A stretch of 64,000 bases of DNA, from NCBI RefSeq assembly GCF_035594765.1, contig NC_085846.1:10899190-10963189 (forward strand). Reading direction: 5' to 3'. This document shows, piece by piece, positions 23,865 to 36,925 of the stretch. Below the pieces are notes generated by a model, which saw only the letters and a list, made by a program, of their open reading frames with translations, did no database searches and was not told the DNA's origin. The stretch comes from Anolis carolinensis (lineage: Eukaryota). Position numbers and translations under genes: made by a program. Position 1 is the stretch's first letter; each line of letters opens with the position of its first letter.

Positions 23865-24818
23865 CTACTGGCTCCCCTTCATTATATATCCGCAATGGCA
23901 GTGTTTGCCCAACATCTTCACAACAGCCCGTTTTATTTCCTTGTTACTCATTGTGTAGATCATGGGATTCATTAAAGGGAAGACCACTGTATGGAAAACA
24001 GCCACCACTTTGTCAAGGGAGAAATCCTGGAAGGGTCGGCAGTAGATGTAGATGGCAGGGCCAAACATTACAAAGACAATGATGATATGGGTAACACATG
24101 TGGAGGCAGCCTTGTTCTTCCCCTGACCAGTTCCCATCCTCACCTTAACCAAAAGGATCGCATAGGAAATGAGCAGGAGGATGAAACACATCACAATAGA
24201 GAGGCCGCTGTTGAAGAACATGATGTATGTCAGAGTGTATGTGTCAGTGCAAGCCAGATTGATGATCTGGATGATGTCACAGAAGAAGTTGTCCAGTTCA
24301 TTGGGTCCACAGAAAGGGAGAGGCATGAGAAGGGCAATCTGGATAATGGAGTGCACGAACCCTAGGAAGCAAGAAGCCAGGACCAAAAGGCTGCATGCAA
24401 CTTGGGTGATTAGGCGGGAATAACGCAAGGGATGACAAATAGCGATGTAGCGATCGATGGCCATGGCAACGAGAAGCATGATCTCAGAGCCTCCTAGCCA
24501 ATGGAGGAAGAAGATCTGGGCCAAGCATCCCTGATAAGAAATAGTCTTGTGGCTGGAGAAGAAGTCAGACAGCATCTTAGGAGGTGTGACGGAGCAGTAG
24601 CAGATATCCAAGAAAGCCAAGCTGGCCAAGAAGAAGTACATGGGTGCACTTAAATGGGGGTCATTCGAAATGGTCACAATGATCAAGATGTTTCCTGGCA
24701 GGATCAGTGAGTAGAAGAGGAGGAAGAGGAAGAAGAGGAAGATCTGGACCTCCCTGACTTGGGAGAGACCCAGCAGGACAAACTCTTGCACCATGGAATG
24801 ATTTCCTTGGAATGGCAT
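23865..24818 (-). CDS. Olfactory receptor, family 4 (OR4N-like), intact, 317 aa
   Basis: LPGN, PMYFFL, MAIDRYIAIC, STCVTH and PLMNPMIY motifs; MFFNSGL as in OR4N; splice acceptor 7 nt upstream of the ATG. Confidence 0.95.
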   Translation of the reverse strand: MPFQGNHSMVQEFVLLGLSQVREVQIFLFFLFLLFYSLILPGNILIIVTISNDPHLSAPMYFFLASLAFLDICYCSVTPPKMLSDFFSSHKTISYQGCLAQIFFLHWLGGSEIMLLVAMAIDRYIAICHPLRYSRLITQVACSLLVLASCFLGFVHSIIQIALLMPLPFCGPNELDNFFCDIIQIINLACTDTYTLTYIMFFNSGLSIVMCFILLLISYAILLVKVRMGTGQGKNKAASTCVTHIIIVFVMFGPAIYIYCRPFQDFSLDKVVAVFHTVVFPLMNPMIYTMSNKEIKRAVVKMLGKHCHCGYIMKGSQ

Positions 24819-25885
24819 CTCTTTGCTGGAAACACAAAGAGGAAAGAGGAAAGTAGATCATGGCAATGTTTTAAGTTGTCATCTTGGTTGGAGCATTCTA
24901 GTATGCCACGAGTGTGTTTGATCAGCTTAAACCCAGTTATTAGTCCCAAACGTAGTAGGATTATTGAATCAGCGGGACTAACAGTTCAGACCTAATGTTT
25001 AGGATTTTGCAGGGACTTTCCCCCATTATTTTCCTTGTGAGCAAAGGGTTTTAGACTCTCTTTTGGTCTGGGGACTGCCCTGACAAAGCACTATAGCTTT
25101 ATAATTTGTGTATTGAACCACTAAGGGCATTGCTTTAGATTGGAGAAGTAGAGTGTCCCTGTACCTATGGCCCATCCAGGAATTCATTTAATACCAAAAT
25201 TGAGAGTGTATTGCTCTTTTTCTACATAGATCTGCTCATGGTTCTTCTCTAAGCTTTCTCAGTCTCTTTCAGCACCTCCATTTAAAGACAGTTTAATTGC
25301 ACCATTCTGTTGCAGCGGTTGTGAACTATATAATCAGGAGCCATGATCCGTATATGCCAAAAACACTCAATGATCTGAATCCATTTTAGAGATAAATGGG
25401 CATATCTTTTTCCTTATTGAGCTTCTAAAGATTTGGCTTTCATAAATCTAATTTTATTTGCATTAGGTTATTGAGCAAATGTTATACTGCAGTTGGAAAA
25501 TACAAAGGATGATTGCTTATTGCATGCATTGGAAGCTGAAGGATTCTGTCAATGTATTATTTGGGGGTGGAGAGGACTCAGTGGGGCATTTGTGACACTG
25601 GGAAATCTCCCTTGATAAAAGCAAATCAACCAACATGTAGGCACAGTCACTATTTTATTACACATAAGATCTCATTTTTTAGGTACAATGAAAATAAGAC
25701 ACCGATTTGTATATTGCTGTTCACATAATGCTTTTTAAAAGTTTGTGATTCACACACCCAATAATGTTTATAATATATTCCATTTATGTTATGATACATA
25801 ATAAATTTCCTCATTCATGTGCACCTCTGCAAAATAGTAAGGTATTTCTTCATCAATATACAACATGGATTGTGAAGGTCTTTAA

Positions 25886-26127
25886 GAGTGCATCTAGACA
25901 GTCCCTAAAACACGCAAGCGCCCACATTTTTACGTGGGACATCCAAATGATGCCTCAGGTAAAAACGAATTCCTTCAGGACAAAGCAGGGAAACCCTGCT
26001 TTGTTCCAAAATAATTTGATAGCTGGAAAGACCCAGGTCTTTCAGAAAACCCGGGTCTTTCCAGCTGTGGGTGCTGTTTGGACTTAAACCCGATTGAACC
26101 CGCATTAAAGAATGTCTGGAACCACCC
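25886..26127. mobile_element. PIF/Harbinger-like MITE
   Basis: Imperfect 15-bp TIRs (11/15); TAA flanks. Confidence 0.55.
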
Positions 26128-27190
26128 TAAGTAGTTGTTCAAAAGTAAAATCCAGCAGAACATCAGCTTGGAAATTCAGGACAATAAGTGATGGTCCATT
26201 GTATTAGAAAAGCTTGGGCTGAAACCCAAGTTGGATGTTACTTATTTTTAATCCTGAAATTTAGAGATAAATAGATCTGTCTATCAGCAATACTTCATAA
26301 TCTGAAATTGCCCACATGGGTGGCTGAGATAGCGATAACTTTGTGTTCTTATGGTTCAATGGACCCAAACTTTGCTTTTTCTACAGAATGTTGTATGAAA
26401 TTACCTTCAAGCTATGTCCGTAAAATGTCCATAAAACACAAATGAATTTTATGGTTAGTCCTCGGTCCTATCTCCAAGCTATCTCATTATGTGTGTATAT
26501 GGACATACAAGTATTCCAAAATCTGAAATCCAAAACACTTCTGGTCCCAAGCATTTCAGATAAGGGATACTCAATCTGTACTTGGAACTACATTTGAGAG
26601 ACTTCAAATGCTTAGGTAGGGGAATCTGAAATTAAAATAAGTAACAAAGCAATAGGAAGACAATAGTTTAAGAATTTGAAATAACTCACCGTTCAGTGCC
26701 TTGATGGGTAAGAGGAGGCACCTACAGCTTGTCTAAGGCTGAGCTCTTTCAACACAATGCTACATAACATCTGGGTGCATGATGTGGGGATCAATGTAGT
26801 GTTACTCTGGATGCAATTCCAGTTAAGCACCCAAGAGAGCTTGTTAAAAAGTTCACAAGTGATGGCTGCATACTCTGGGGGGTGACCTAGGGAAGGATGG
26901 AAGTCTGACTTATAATGTCTTTCCCCTGTGCACTCTTGCTTGGCTTACTGGGACTGACCACCTAAAGCTTTGGAAAGACATGGATTGATTCTGTATGAGA
27001 GAGACTGGAGATAGGTCAGTTTCTGCCTTGCTGATTTGATTACCTTGCTTGAGATGTCACATTTCACGACACTCCTAAGCCCTGTGTCATTTACAGCATC
27101 ACAATGAAGATCAAAATACAGTGGGCCCTCCCAGGTTCAACCCTCCATGGCTTGAAAATATTTAAAAAGAATCCCAAAAGCTCACCTTGA

Positions 27191-27481
27191 AGTGGAGTGG
27201 GCAGATCAAAAGACAACCTGGCAAGGTGGCACTACCTGGAGGAATCCTCCACCTTGTGTGACTGTGGAGCTGAACAAACAACTCAGCATATGTATGCTTG
27301 CCCACAATGCCCTGCCTCATGCACGGAGGAGGAGTTGTTTAAAGCTACAGACAATGCGGTTGCTGTTGCCCGCTTTTGGTCCAAAACTATTTAGTTGCTT
27401 GTGATTTCTTTTCTTTTCTTTTTTTTATCTCCATTATTTGAAATGTATTTGTTGTACAATGCTTTTGACACGAAATAAATA
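27191..27481 (+). mobile_element. Vingi LINE 3' end
   Basis: CDCGAEQTTQHMYACP zinc knuckle followed by a stop; tail gacacgaaataaataa; TSD accttga. Confidence 0.75.
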
Positions 27482-27858
27482 ACCTTGATTTTGCCATTTT
27501 TATAAGGGACGCCATTTTGCTATGTTGTTGTCTTTAAGAAGACTTGAGCATCCCTGAATATTGGTATCCACAAACATCCTTAAGCCATTGCATATAATGG
27601 GACTTGAGCATCCGTAGATTTGGGTATCTGCAAGGGTGATGAAACTATTCTATATAAAGGGACTTCAGCATCCATGTGGATATTTAAGGTCTACTCGTAT
27701 ATAACCTCCTTTAAAAAGCCCTTTGTAATGGTAACAATCAATTAATAGTCAAAGGCCTGGATCAAAAGGTTCTTGCCTACTAATGGAAAGACAGAAGAAA
27801 TGGAGCAGGCTAATTTCTCATCGCCTGGGAGCAGACACCAAAAACGCCACCTCACATA

Positions 27859-28165
27859 CAGTAGTCTCGCTTATCCAACGTAAATGAGCCGGCAGAACGT
27901 TGGATAAGCGAATATGTTGGATAATAAGGAGAGATGAAGGAAAAGCCTATTAAACATCAAATTAGGTTATGATTTTACAAATTAAGAACCAAAACATCAT
28001 GTTATACAACAAATTTCACGGAAAAAGTAGTTCAATACGCAGTAATGCTATGTAGTAATTACTGTATTTACGAATTTAGCACCAAAATATCATGATGTTT
28101 TGAAAACACTTGACTACAAAAATGCGTTGGATAACCCAGAATGTTGGATAAGTGAGACTCTACTG
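27859..28165. mobile_element. Tigger/pogo-like MITE
   Basis: Same TIRs as 950-1272; TA flanks. Confidence 0.85.
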
Positions 28166-28674
28166 TATGTCCAATAAAGTGGTGGGGCAAAATCCTCCCT
28201 TGAAGATGTAAATATTTTGGCAGGCTCAGATAGGAAAATACAGTCTGGAATCCTTTTACTTAAGTACATTTTCCTTGCCCAGCAACTGCAAGCCTGAAAA
28301 GAAACATCATGCACCCATGCTCTGATCACGGGCAGATTGGACCTCATTCTCCCCAAGCAGCTGTTTGTTTGTAGGTTTAGGGGTGAGTTACAATTATGGC
28401 AATGATGTCAGAATTGTGACTAAATAGAACAACTGCTGGAACATATTATTCAATGTACAATTCATACATTATTATTTTGGAAATGTGAGGACATATTGGT
28501 CAGATGTGGATAAATGAAACTTCAGGCACTGGTCCCATGAATATGGGGGTTGTTTATTTGTAAAATCAACACATTGCACACATTCATAAATTAAATGATA
28601 CATACAGTACATTTTTATCTTTATGAAGGAGTTGCACCTCAAAATACAGGAATTTTTTTTGACATCACATTCAG

Positions 28675-29008
28675 GACCTCTTCACATTTGATGCCAGAAT
28701 CGGCACAAATCATGGCGAATCCGGCAATGCCCAGCGAAGGAAACCCATCACCCATGCCCCGTATCGCTTGATTTACCCCTAACCCCATCCCATGGGGAGA
28801 AGCATCCGCCTCCTGGCTTCCCCCCATTGTTGCTCATGCAGCACAGAAAGCTTCCCGTGTTGCTGCAGTGGTGGCATATGCCAGACAGTTCCTCTCCTTT
28901 TGCTCCATACAGCCCTACCCAAAGTAGCTCTACGTCATGGGCGGGCTCTATGGGGCAAATGGAGAGGAACCGGTGTATGCTACCGATTTTGGTCAATATG
29001 ATGAGGTC
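28675..29008. mobile_element. Probable MITE, CpG-rich with imperfect inverted ends
   Basis: gacctcttcacatt / aatatgatgaggtc, plus subterminal inverted similarity. Confidence 0.4.
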
Positions 29009-29343
29009 ATCAATCTATATCAAAGAAAATGCTTCCCAACCCACAAATGGAGACATCCTGTATAATAAAGGACATTTAGCAACATTAGAGGGCAGCCACT
29101 GAGGAGGCTCTCTTCATGTGTCCTCACCAGAGGTGTCTATTAAACTTGCAAGGCTATTACAAATCAAGCAGGAAATACAGTCTTTCCGACTAGTATAAGG
29201 ATCTTTCAGGTAACCTGGACTCAATCAACAAGAATGGCACACAAACAAACTTAGTTGAGGCAAAGAGCCTTAGCGACCATCCAGTTTCCATGTTCCTTAT
29301 TCTGAATCTTGAACTCACACTGTTTATTTATCAAACAATAGTC

Positions 29344-30447
29344 TTAGTTGTTTGTTCCCAGTCTGTCTCTTGGCTCTATAAACCCCTTCTCCACTCTTGC
29401 CACTACAGATCTTGTAAGTGACATTGGATTAAGGCTGGCCTTCAAGGGAAGAGTCTTCTTGTTAGGTTTCCAACAAAATAGCCCTCCTGGCTGAATGGTG
29501 ACAATCTGAGTAGAAAACACTCCAGAACGTTTTGTCAACAACTTCCTCATGGCAGCTTTCATCTCCTTGTTCTTCAAAGCATACACCGTAGGGTTCATGA
29601 AAGGGGTGACGGATGTATAGAAGACAGAAAGCACTTTATCAAAAAGGGAATGGATATTGGGCTGGAGGTAAATAAACATAATGGGTCCAAAATACATGGA
29701 GACCACAATGAGGTGGGAAGTGCACGTGGAGATGGCTTTGGAGGTCCCCCCAGGAGTGCCCCGGGAGCAGATTGTGTAGAGAATAAGCCCGTAGGAGAGA
29801 AGCAAGGCAGCCAAACTCACCAGGGTTAGGATGCCGTTGTTGGCTGCCATCATGACCTCCAGAAGATACGTGTCCATGCAAGCCAACTTGATGAGCAAAG
29901 GCATATCACAGAAGAAGCTGTCCACATGATTGGATCCGCAGAAAGGTATGTTCACGGCAAAGCCTAATTGGACACTGGTATGGAGGAGCCCGAAAGACCA
30001 GGCAATGAGGACAAACCCTATGCAGTGATGCCTGCTCATGCGTGAGGCATAATGGAGAGGATGGCAAATGGCTACATAGCGGTCATAAGCCATGAACATC
30101 AGCAGGATCATTTCACTGCCACCAAATAAATGGAGGAAGAAGAGCTGTGCCATGCAACCTTGGAAGGAGATGACTTGATGTTGGGTGAGGAAGTCCACAA
30201 GAGCCCTGGGCATTGCAAATGAGGATATGCCAAGGTCCAGGAAAGCCAAGTGGCCCAGCAGGAAAAACATGGGTGAATGGGAAAGCCGAGGCTCCTGAAA
30301 GATTGCCAGGAGAACAAGGATATTGCTGAAGAGAGTGGCCATGTAGAGGAGGAGAAAGATGATAAATAACACAAGTTGAACTTCCCAGAATTGAGAGAAA
30401 CCCAGCAGGATAAAGTCATTGGGTTCAGTCTTGTTTTCCCACGCCAT
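29344..30447 (-). CDS. Olfactory receptor, divergent family 4, 367 aa with long C-terminal tail
   Basis: PMFFLL, MAYDRYVAIC, KAISTCTSH and PFMNPTVY motifs; upstream splice acceptor. Confidence 0.9.
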   Translation of the reverse strand: MAWENKTEPNDFILLGFSQFWEVQLVLFIIFLLLYMATLFSNILVLLAIFQEPRLSHSPMFFLLGHLAFLDLGISSFAMPRALVDFLTQHQVISFQGCMAQLFFLHLFGGSEMILLMFMAYDRYVAICHPLHYASRMSRHHCIGFVLIAWSFGLLHTSVQLGFAVNIPFCGSNHVDSFFCDMPLLIKLACMDTYLLEVMMAANNGILTLVSLAALLLSYGLILYTICSRGTPGGTSKAISTCTSHLIVVSMYFGPIMFIYLQPNIHSLFDKVLSVFYTSVTPFMNPTVYALKNKEMKAAMRKLLTKRSGVFSTQIVTIQPGGLFCWKPNKKTLPLKASLNPMSLTRSVVARVEKGFIEPRDRLGTNN

Positions 30448-31819
30448 TCACTTCCTATCTATTAAGTGAGGCAAGAGGGAAGAGAGAAAGACAGCAATGA
30501 GATACTTCCATCACAGCGTAGAACTAATGCAGTTTGAAACTCTTTTAAATAGCACAACTCAGTGTTATGGAATAATGGGAGTGGTAGTTTTACAAGGTCT
30601 TTAGCCTTCTCTGCTCAAGAGTGCTGTTGCCTCACCAAACTACAATTTCCATTATTCTATAACATTGAGCCATATCATTAATGTGGTGCCAAACTGCATT
30701 AATTTTACAGTGTAGATATACCCCCAGCAAAGCCAGCATGGCATCATGGTTTGAGTGAATTCCAAGAGAACAGGATTTGAATCCCAACACAGTTATGCAA
30801 ACCTGCTGGCTGACCTTGGACAAATCACATTTTCTTAGCATAAGAGAAACCTTCTCTTAATAAAACTTGGCAAGAAAATCCTTAGAAAGTGTCACCATAG
30901 GTCAAACTTGACCTGAAGGCATGTCACAACAAAAGAAATTAAACCTAGCATTACTAACACGAAGCTACTAGAAGGGTGAAACAGATTTGGGATTTGGGTG
31001 GGAGAGAAAAATTCTAGAAGCCAATCTCTCTGTCCTGGATAGTTAAAATGGAACAAGAGTAGATTGCTAACTATATAATTCCCTCCTTTTATGACTGCCA
31101 AAATTTGCCAAATGAGATCATGCCTCCTTCTACCAAATACTAGGACTGATCTGAAAACTTTTTGAAGTGTCTGCAAGCTGTCTTACTTTTCACAAGACCA
31201 GTCTTTTAAAAAACAATATAAGGTTGTATCTGTGAAAAGTGAGTTTGTCTTATCTTATATCCAGTTTGGGTTTGGGTGAGGAGGGGATTACCTTCAATTG
31301 TTTCCAAATTCTCACCTACCAGGAAATTCCACCATAAGCTTCTTGAAGATTTCTGGAGGAACTTCTTCTGGCATTGCCTCTGAGAAGCAGGTCGAAGATG
31401 TATCATCCGTGTTCAGAGGAAAGCATGAGTGAGGGAATAGCAAATGGAGAAAGAGCAAAGTCAGAGCAAAATGAACTGGTCACGAAGCCTGTGTCGGGTA
31501 GACAGCTTGATGGCTCTGTGGGTGGCTTGAACTGGGGACTCTCAAGATCCTATGCAGCCTTGTAAACTCTCTCTCACATCGGCTGAAAAAAAATCTTTTC
31601 TCTTTCCCCCTCCTGCTTTCACTTATGGCTTCTAGTCCCGAAGGCATGTGCCCTTTGGAAGCATCCAGAGCAAGAAGGGAGCCTTGAGAGTTAAGACAGA
31701 GACACTTCTTCCCTGTAACTCTCAAGGGTCCCCATTAAGAGAAATAATGCCAGAGAGAGTGGGGTGGGAAAGGAGACCGAGAGATACATCTGGGTTCCAG
31801 AGTGATAACAGTTTTTCTG

Positions 31820-32031
31820 TTTGTTGTCAAAGGCTTTCATGACCGGAATCACTGGGTTGCTTTGAGTTTTCCGGGCTGTATGGCCGCCATGTTCCAGAAG
31901 CATTCTCTCCTGATGTTTTGCCTACATCTATGGCAGGCATCCTCAGAGGTTGTGAGGTCTGTTGGAAACTAGGCAAGTGGAGAGAATGCTTCTGGAACAT
32001 GGCCATACAGCCTGGAAAACTCACAGCAACC
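31820..32031. mobile_element. Penelope fragment with internal inversion
   Basis: 11-bp TSD cagtttttctg; decayed hammerhead motif at 31909-31949 (-). Confidence 0.8.
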
Positions 32032-32138
32032 CAGTTTTTCTGCTGTTAACACTACGTAATAAAATTTTTAAAATGTTATGTTTCTGGTTTGAAAGTGTTA
32101 TTTCCTATTTAATTGTGCAGTCCTTTCTTGGAAAGTAG

Positions 32139-32596
32139 TTGTGGCGCAGGCTGGTAAACAGCTGCTGCAATAAATCACTCTGACCATGAGGTCATGAGTT
32201 CAAGGCCAGCCTGTGGCGGGGTGAGCACCCATCAATTAAAAATAAAATATAGCCCCTGCTCGTTGCTGACCTAGCAACCCGAAAGATAGTTGCATCTATC
32301 AAGTAGGAAATAAGGTACCACTTATAATAGTGGGGAGGCAAGTTTAACTAATTTACAACGTTGGAATGAGGAAGTGCCATCAGAGCGGATGATGAAGCAC
32401 CTGCTCCCCCCTGTGGCCAGAATTGAACATCTCCTCAGGAGAAGGTTAAATTGCCTCTGCGTCTGTCTGTCGTCTCTGTCTCAGTTCGATGTGTTTATGG
32501 GCATTGAATGTTTGCCCTATACGTACATAATGTGATCCGTCCTGAATCCCCTTCGGGGTGAGAAGGGCGGAATATAAATACAGTAAATAAATAAAT
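32139..32596 (+). mobile_element. SINE with L2-type tail, long form
   Basis: Same head and (TAAA)n tail as 16475-16700. Confidence 0.75.
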
Positions 32597-32836
32597 ACTC
32601 CAGAAACTTTGTTTTTGTGGCTTCCACAAACTATGTTGAAATGGTTGAGACTCTAGGAGATATTCAATGAAAAACTATAGCAAAATGTGCTGCAGGATGT
32701 CCAGCAAAAACAAAGTTTTTGCAGATTAATAAACTTTCCCCATGTTTTTATGATAGAATCAATTATGAAATGACATTTATAACTCAGGAACAAAAATAGT
32801 GTTACATAGTGTAATGTGTGTGTGTAGAGGTTAGAG

Positions 32837-32971
32837 CATTGATTCTCAACCTGTGGGTTCCCAGGTGTTTTGGCCTACAACTCCCAGAAACCCCAGCCAG
32901 TTTACCAGCTCTTAGGATTTCTGGGAGTTGAAGGCCAAAACAACTGGGGATCCAGCGGTTGAGAACCACTG
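32837..32971. mobile_element. URR1-like hAT MITE
   Basis: Palindromic; TSD (g/a)gttagag. Confidence 0.8.
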
Positions 32972-33669
32972 AGTTAGAGTGTTCGATTGGGATTCAAGTT
33001 CAACCTCTCATTAAAGAAGGAGGATCCACCGCCCTCTGAGGCAGTCCACTCAACCTGAGGCCTTAATTGTAAAAAAATACCTGACAGAAGAACTGCAGGA
33101 CTGTAGATTCAGCATAGAATCATAGAATTACAGAGTTGGAAAGAACTTCATGGGCCATTGAGTCCATCCCCTGCTCAATGCAGCATTGCAGATAGTGGGC
33201 TAGGCTCATTTTATTCAAGAAAGACACACCACTCACTGATGGTTCACTCTTACTCTCAAGATATTCCTTCTAATGCTTTATTGAAATCCTCCTTCCTGTA
33301 ACTTAAAACCATTTGACCTGCTTCCATTCTCTGAAATAGCGGAGAACAGGCTTGCAGTTATGGCAGCCGTCAGTCTCGTCTCTGCTGAGCTCAGCAAGCC
33401 AACTCCTCCAATATAGTTACAGTATATGTTTTTGTTCAGATTTTATGTTTTGGTTTTATATGTATGTTAGGCATTGAATTTTGCCATTATTGTGTTGTAA
33501 ACTGCTTTGGGTCCCCTCTGGGGTGAGAAAAGCAGTATATATATACAGTAAATAATAAATAAATAAACACTGTAAATAAATAAATAAATATCTTACCTAT
33601 TTTGTTTTCCATATCTCTCATCATCCTTGTTGTGTTTCTCTGAACTTGCTTCAATTTGTCCATCTAATA

Positions 33670-33803
33670 CAGGCATGGGCAAACTTAGGCCCTCCGGGTG
33701 TTTTGGACTTCAACTGCCACAATTCCTAATAGCCAGTAGGTTGTTAGGAATTGTGGGAGTTCAAGTCCAAAACACCTTGAGAGCCTAAGTTTGCCCATGC
33801 CTG
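33670..33803. mobile_element. Palindromic hAT MITE
   Basis: TIR CAGGCATGGGCAAACTTAGG. Confidence 0.8.
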
Positions 33804-36278
33804 AGCTAGTAGCTAATGAACAGTTTCAAAAAAACTAGTTATGGAGGATATCTAGCCCTGGTCAACATCTTAATTGTAGCATTTTTAGACCTGTTGCTTT
33901 TTTCAAACAATTTCCAAAGGCATTCCACACTTTTTTAAAGTGTCTATTATTTGCAAATCAGGTCCCTCCCCAGAAAGTGGTGTAACTGAATGTCTTCAAG
34001 GACTTGGGAAGGTGGAAAGAATGCAGTCAATGCACCTTGTCTTGAAATAATGTAACATAATGAACCCTTTGCTCTGCTCTGAATAGTATGAATTATCCCA
34101 AGAATATAAGAGACTGGCAATTAATCAGCATTACTGTCCTGCCATGCGTGTTCATTACTAACTATTGGGAGCTTAAGTGATGTACTCCATACTTCTTCTA
34201 GTTAGTGAACTGGATGGACACTTGGTTTGTGTCAGTCTATAGGCCTCAGTCTCTGATTTTTCCACATTTACAGGAATACTAGAACTATAAAGAAAGGTCT
34301 GTAGCTTAATGCTGAATGTGATGTCAACTTGTGTGTGTCCTGAGCCCTTTCAGATGGCTTATGGATGGCAGCCCGGAGTAAAACTGAAAGCTACCAGAGT
34401 CTTAATTCCATGAGGTTGATCCAGAGAAGTTCCCAACATATACTGTACCTTAATTTTATGCTGTCATATTTCTAGAGTGATCAGGGTGTACTGTTTTAAG
34501 GCATTAAAGCTTGTCAAATGGATGTTGATAGTTCAGGATGACCCAATGATTGCCTCCATAAGATGTTGTTGTTTGTCTTCAAGTGAGGACCTATGGTGAA
34601 CTTATCATGGGTTTTCTTGGAAAGTTTTGTTCAGAGAGGGATTGCTTTTGCAAAGGTGTAGCTAGTGGTGACATCTTTTTGGTTTTTACATAAGATCAGG
34701 CAAACACTCAAGGCTGGTTTTGTGTCCATTGACCCCTTCAGATACCTTAGATTTCTGGTTTCCTTGCCATTCTCCAAATTGCTTCTCTTGAAAGCCTTTA
34801 ACAATTTACCTTACGAGTAAGCTCCACTGTTAATATATTTTATAATACTAGAAGTAAACTTCCAGTTATGTTTTATTTCCATTTCTGATAATTTTTTATC
34901 ATTTGTGTAGTCCCAGAAGGAACCCAGGACATAACTTTTCTGTCTCCAACTTGCTACAGTTACCCACTCCTTGTGTGGAGAGTGCTCCAAAACCCAGTAT
35001 CAATGGGAGCTGAAGCATCTAATAGTTACAGAGACCTGAATTCTTGCTGTGGTCCTGTTACAAATCATTTTCAACTCATGGTTTCCCAAGAACGTTCTGC
35101 TAATACAAAATAGCAGCCATGTAAGCTTACGTGCAGGAATTATTTTTCCAGGAAGAGACCTATGCATGCAATGCAAACAAAAATGCATGCAATGGTTGTG
35201 TGTTGCTACAACACACCTATGCTTTTCACTTGGCGTGAGAATGTACACACAAGCTGTGATCCTTAATATCACAGTGACATTTAGAGGCTTCCAAACAGGA
35301 GGAAAATTTCAGCATTTGCTATTTGTCAGCATTAATACAAAACCCAAGAGTCATCATGATCTTTATGTACTCTGGAAAGTTTTATTTTCTTTTGGAAACA
35401 CTGGGGAAAACTGCATAGGTGGGGTGGAATCTGTATGATCTCCAGATAAGGAAAGACCTAGTATTAATATTATGTTTATTATTATTTTTATTTTTATTCT
35501 GCTTTTTCTCTTCGCTAGGAGACTCAGCTATATCACAATAGCGAGGGAAGGTTTCAAATGTTCTAAGGATATGTAATCTGAAGTATTGTGTGGCTTCTGG
35601 GCTGTATGGACGTGTTCTAACAGCATTTTCTCCTGAATTTCACCTGTATCTGTGACTGACAACTTCAGAAGAAAATATGACATCTGATTATTTACTTACA
35701 TGCATGCAGTTTAATGTGATGAGCAATTTTGCATTTGTTATATTCTAGTACTGAAGATAGTTCAACATTTTTTGAAAGAAATATTTTAGTCCTTTATGGA
35801 AAGGATGGGAACCATTTACTACCTTTGGATTCCAAGGTTTTATAGGAGTATAGTCCCTAATAGCTCCAGTCACCAGCCAGGGCTCAATTTGGAAAACAGA
35901 ACAGTAGAACATATAGAAAGGTTATATGACCAGTTTTAATGTGAGAATATCATCTTTGATATTTGCATCTTCTCATGACTGAAGACATTAACTTAGAAAC
36001 AATTAAAAGCAATGTAAACCTGGCATCCTCTGAAGATGCCAGCCACAGATGCAGGCAAAACATCGAGAGAAAATGATGCTAAAACGTGGCCATACAGCCC
36101 TGAAACCACACAGCACCCCAATTTAAACCTTGAAATACATATACTGTTATACTGTTATTATTGTTATTGTGTTTGCTTTATATTTTAACTTGTTTATACC
36201 TTGGGGTTTTTTTGGGCTTGGACCCATGTTAGCCGCCCCCAGTCCCTTCGAGGATATGGTGGCGGGTTAAAAAAATAA

Positions 36279-36317
<39 letters not shown>

Positions 36318-36320
36318 GAT

Positions 36321-36652
36321 AAAGGTAAAGATTTTCCCCTGACGTTAAGTCCAGTTGTTACCGACTCTGGGGGTTGGTGCTCATCTCCATTTCTAGGCCG
36401 AAGAGCCGGCGTTGTCCATAGACATCTCCAAGGTCATGTGGCCGGCATGACTGCATGGAGCACCGTTACTTTCCCGCCAGAGCGGTACCTATTGATCTAC
36501 TCACATTTGCATGTTTTCAAACTGCTAGGTTGGCAGGAGCTGGGGCTAACAACGGGTGCTCATTCTGTTCCCGGGATTTAAACCTGGGACCTTTCGGTCT
36601 GCAAGTTCAGCAGCTCAGCACTTTAACACACTGCGCCATCACCAGGGGCCCC
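36321..36652 (-). mobile_element. Sauria SINE inserted in a (TTA)n tract
   Basis: Reverse-complement consensus; TTA repeats on both sides. Confidence 0.9.
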
Positions 36653-36925
36653 ATCATTATTATTATATTATATCTCATCATAAAAACAGAACACATAGAT
36701 GCATATCCCATACCCTGGTCAGTTCACAGGACCTGGACCATAGTTTTCATCATGCTTAAAAGGCATTTCCAAACTCAGAACCTTAGGCAATTTCAGTGAC
36801 AATTTTCTGTGATCGCATCTCAACAGCTATGTGGAAGAAAATGTGGAGGCATTAAAATTATGAGGTTCAAATCAATAAGTAAGAAAAAAGGAATCAATAA
36901 AAGATTATAAATAAGTCAAAAGAAA

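Noticed and set aside
26684-26920. Possible non-coding first exon of the OR4N-like gene (minus-strand donor G|GTGAGT at 26690)
   Set aside because: Plausible but cannot be supported without transcript data.
31220-31810. Possible solo LTR (also about 1583-2250)
   Set aside because: Composition is LTR-like, but no convincing TG..CA termini with a TSD were found.
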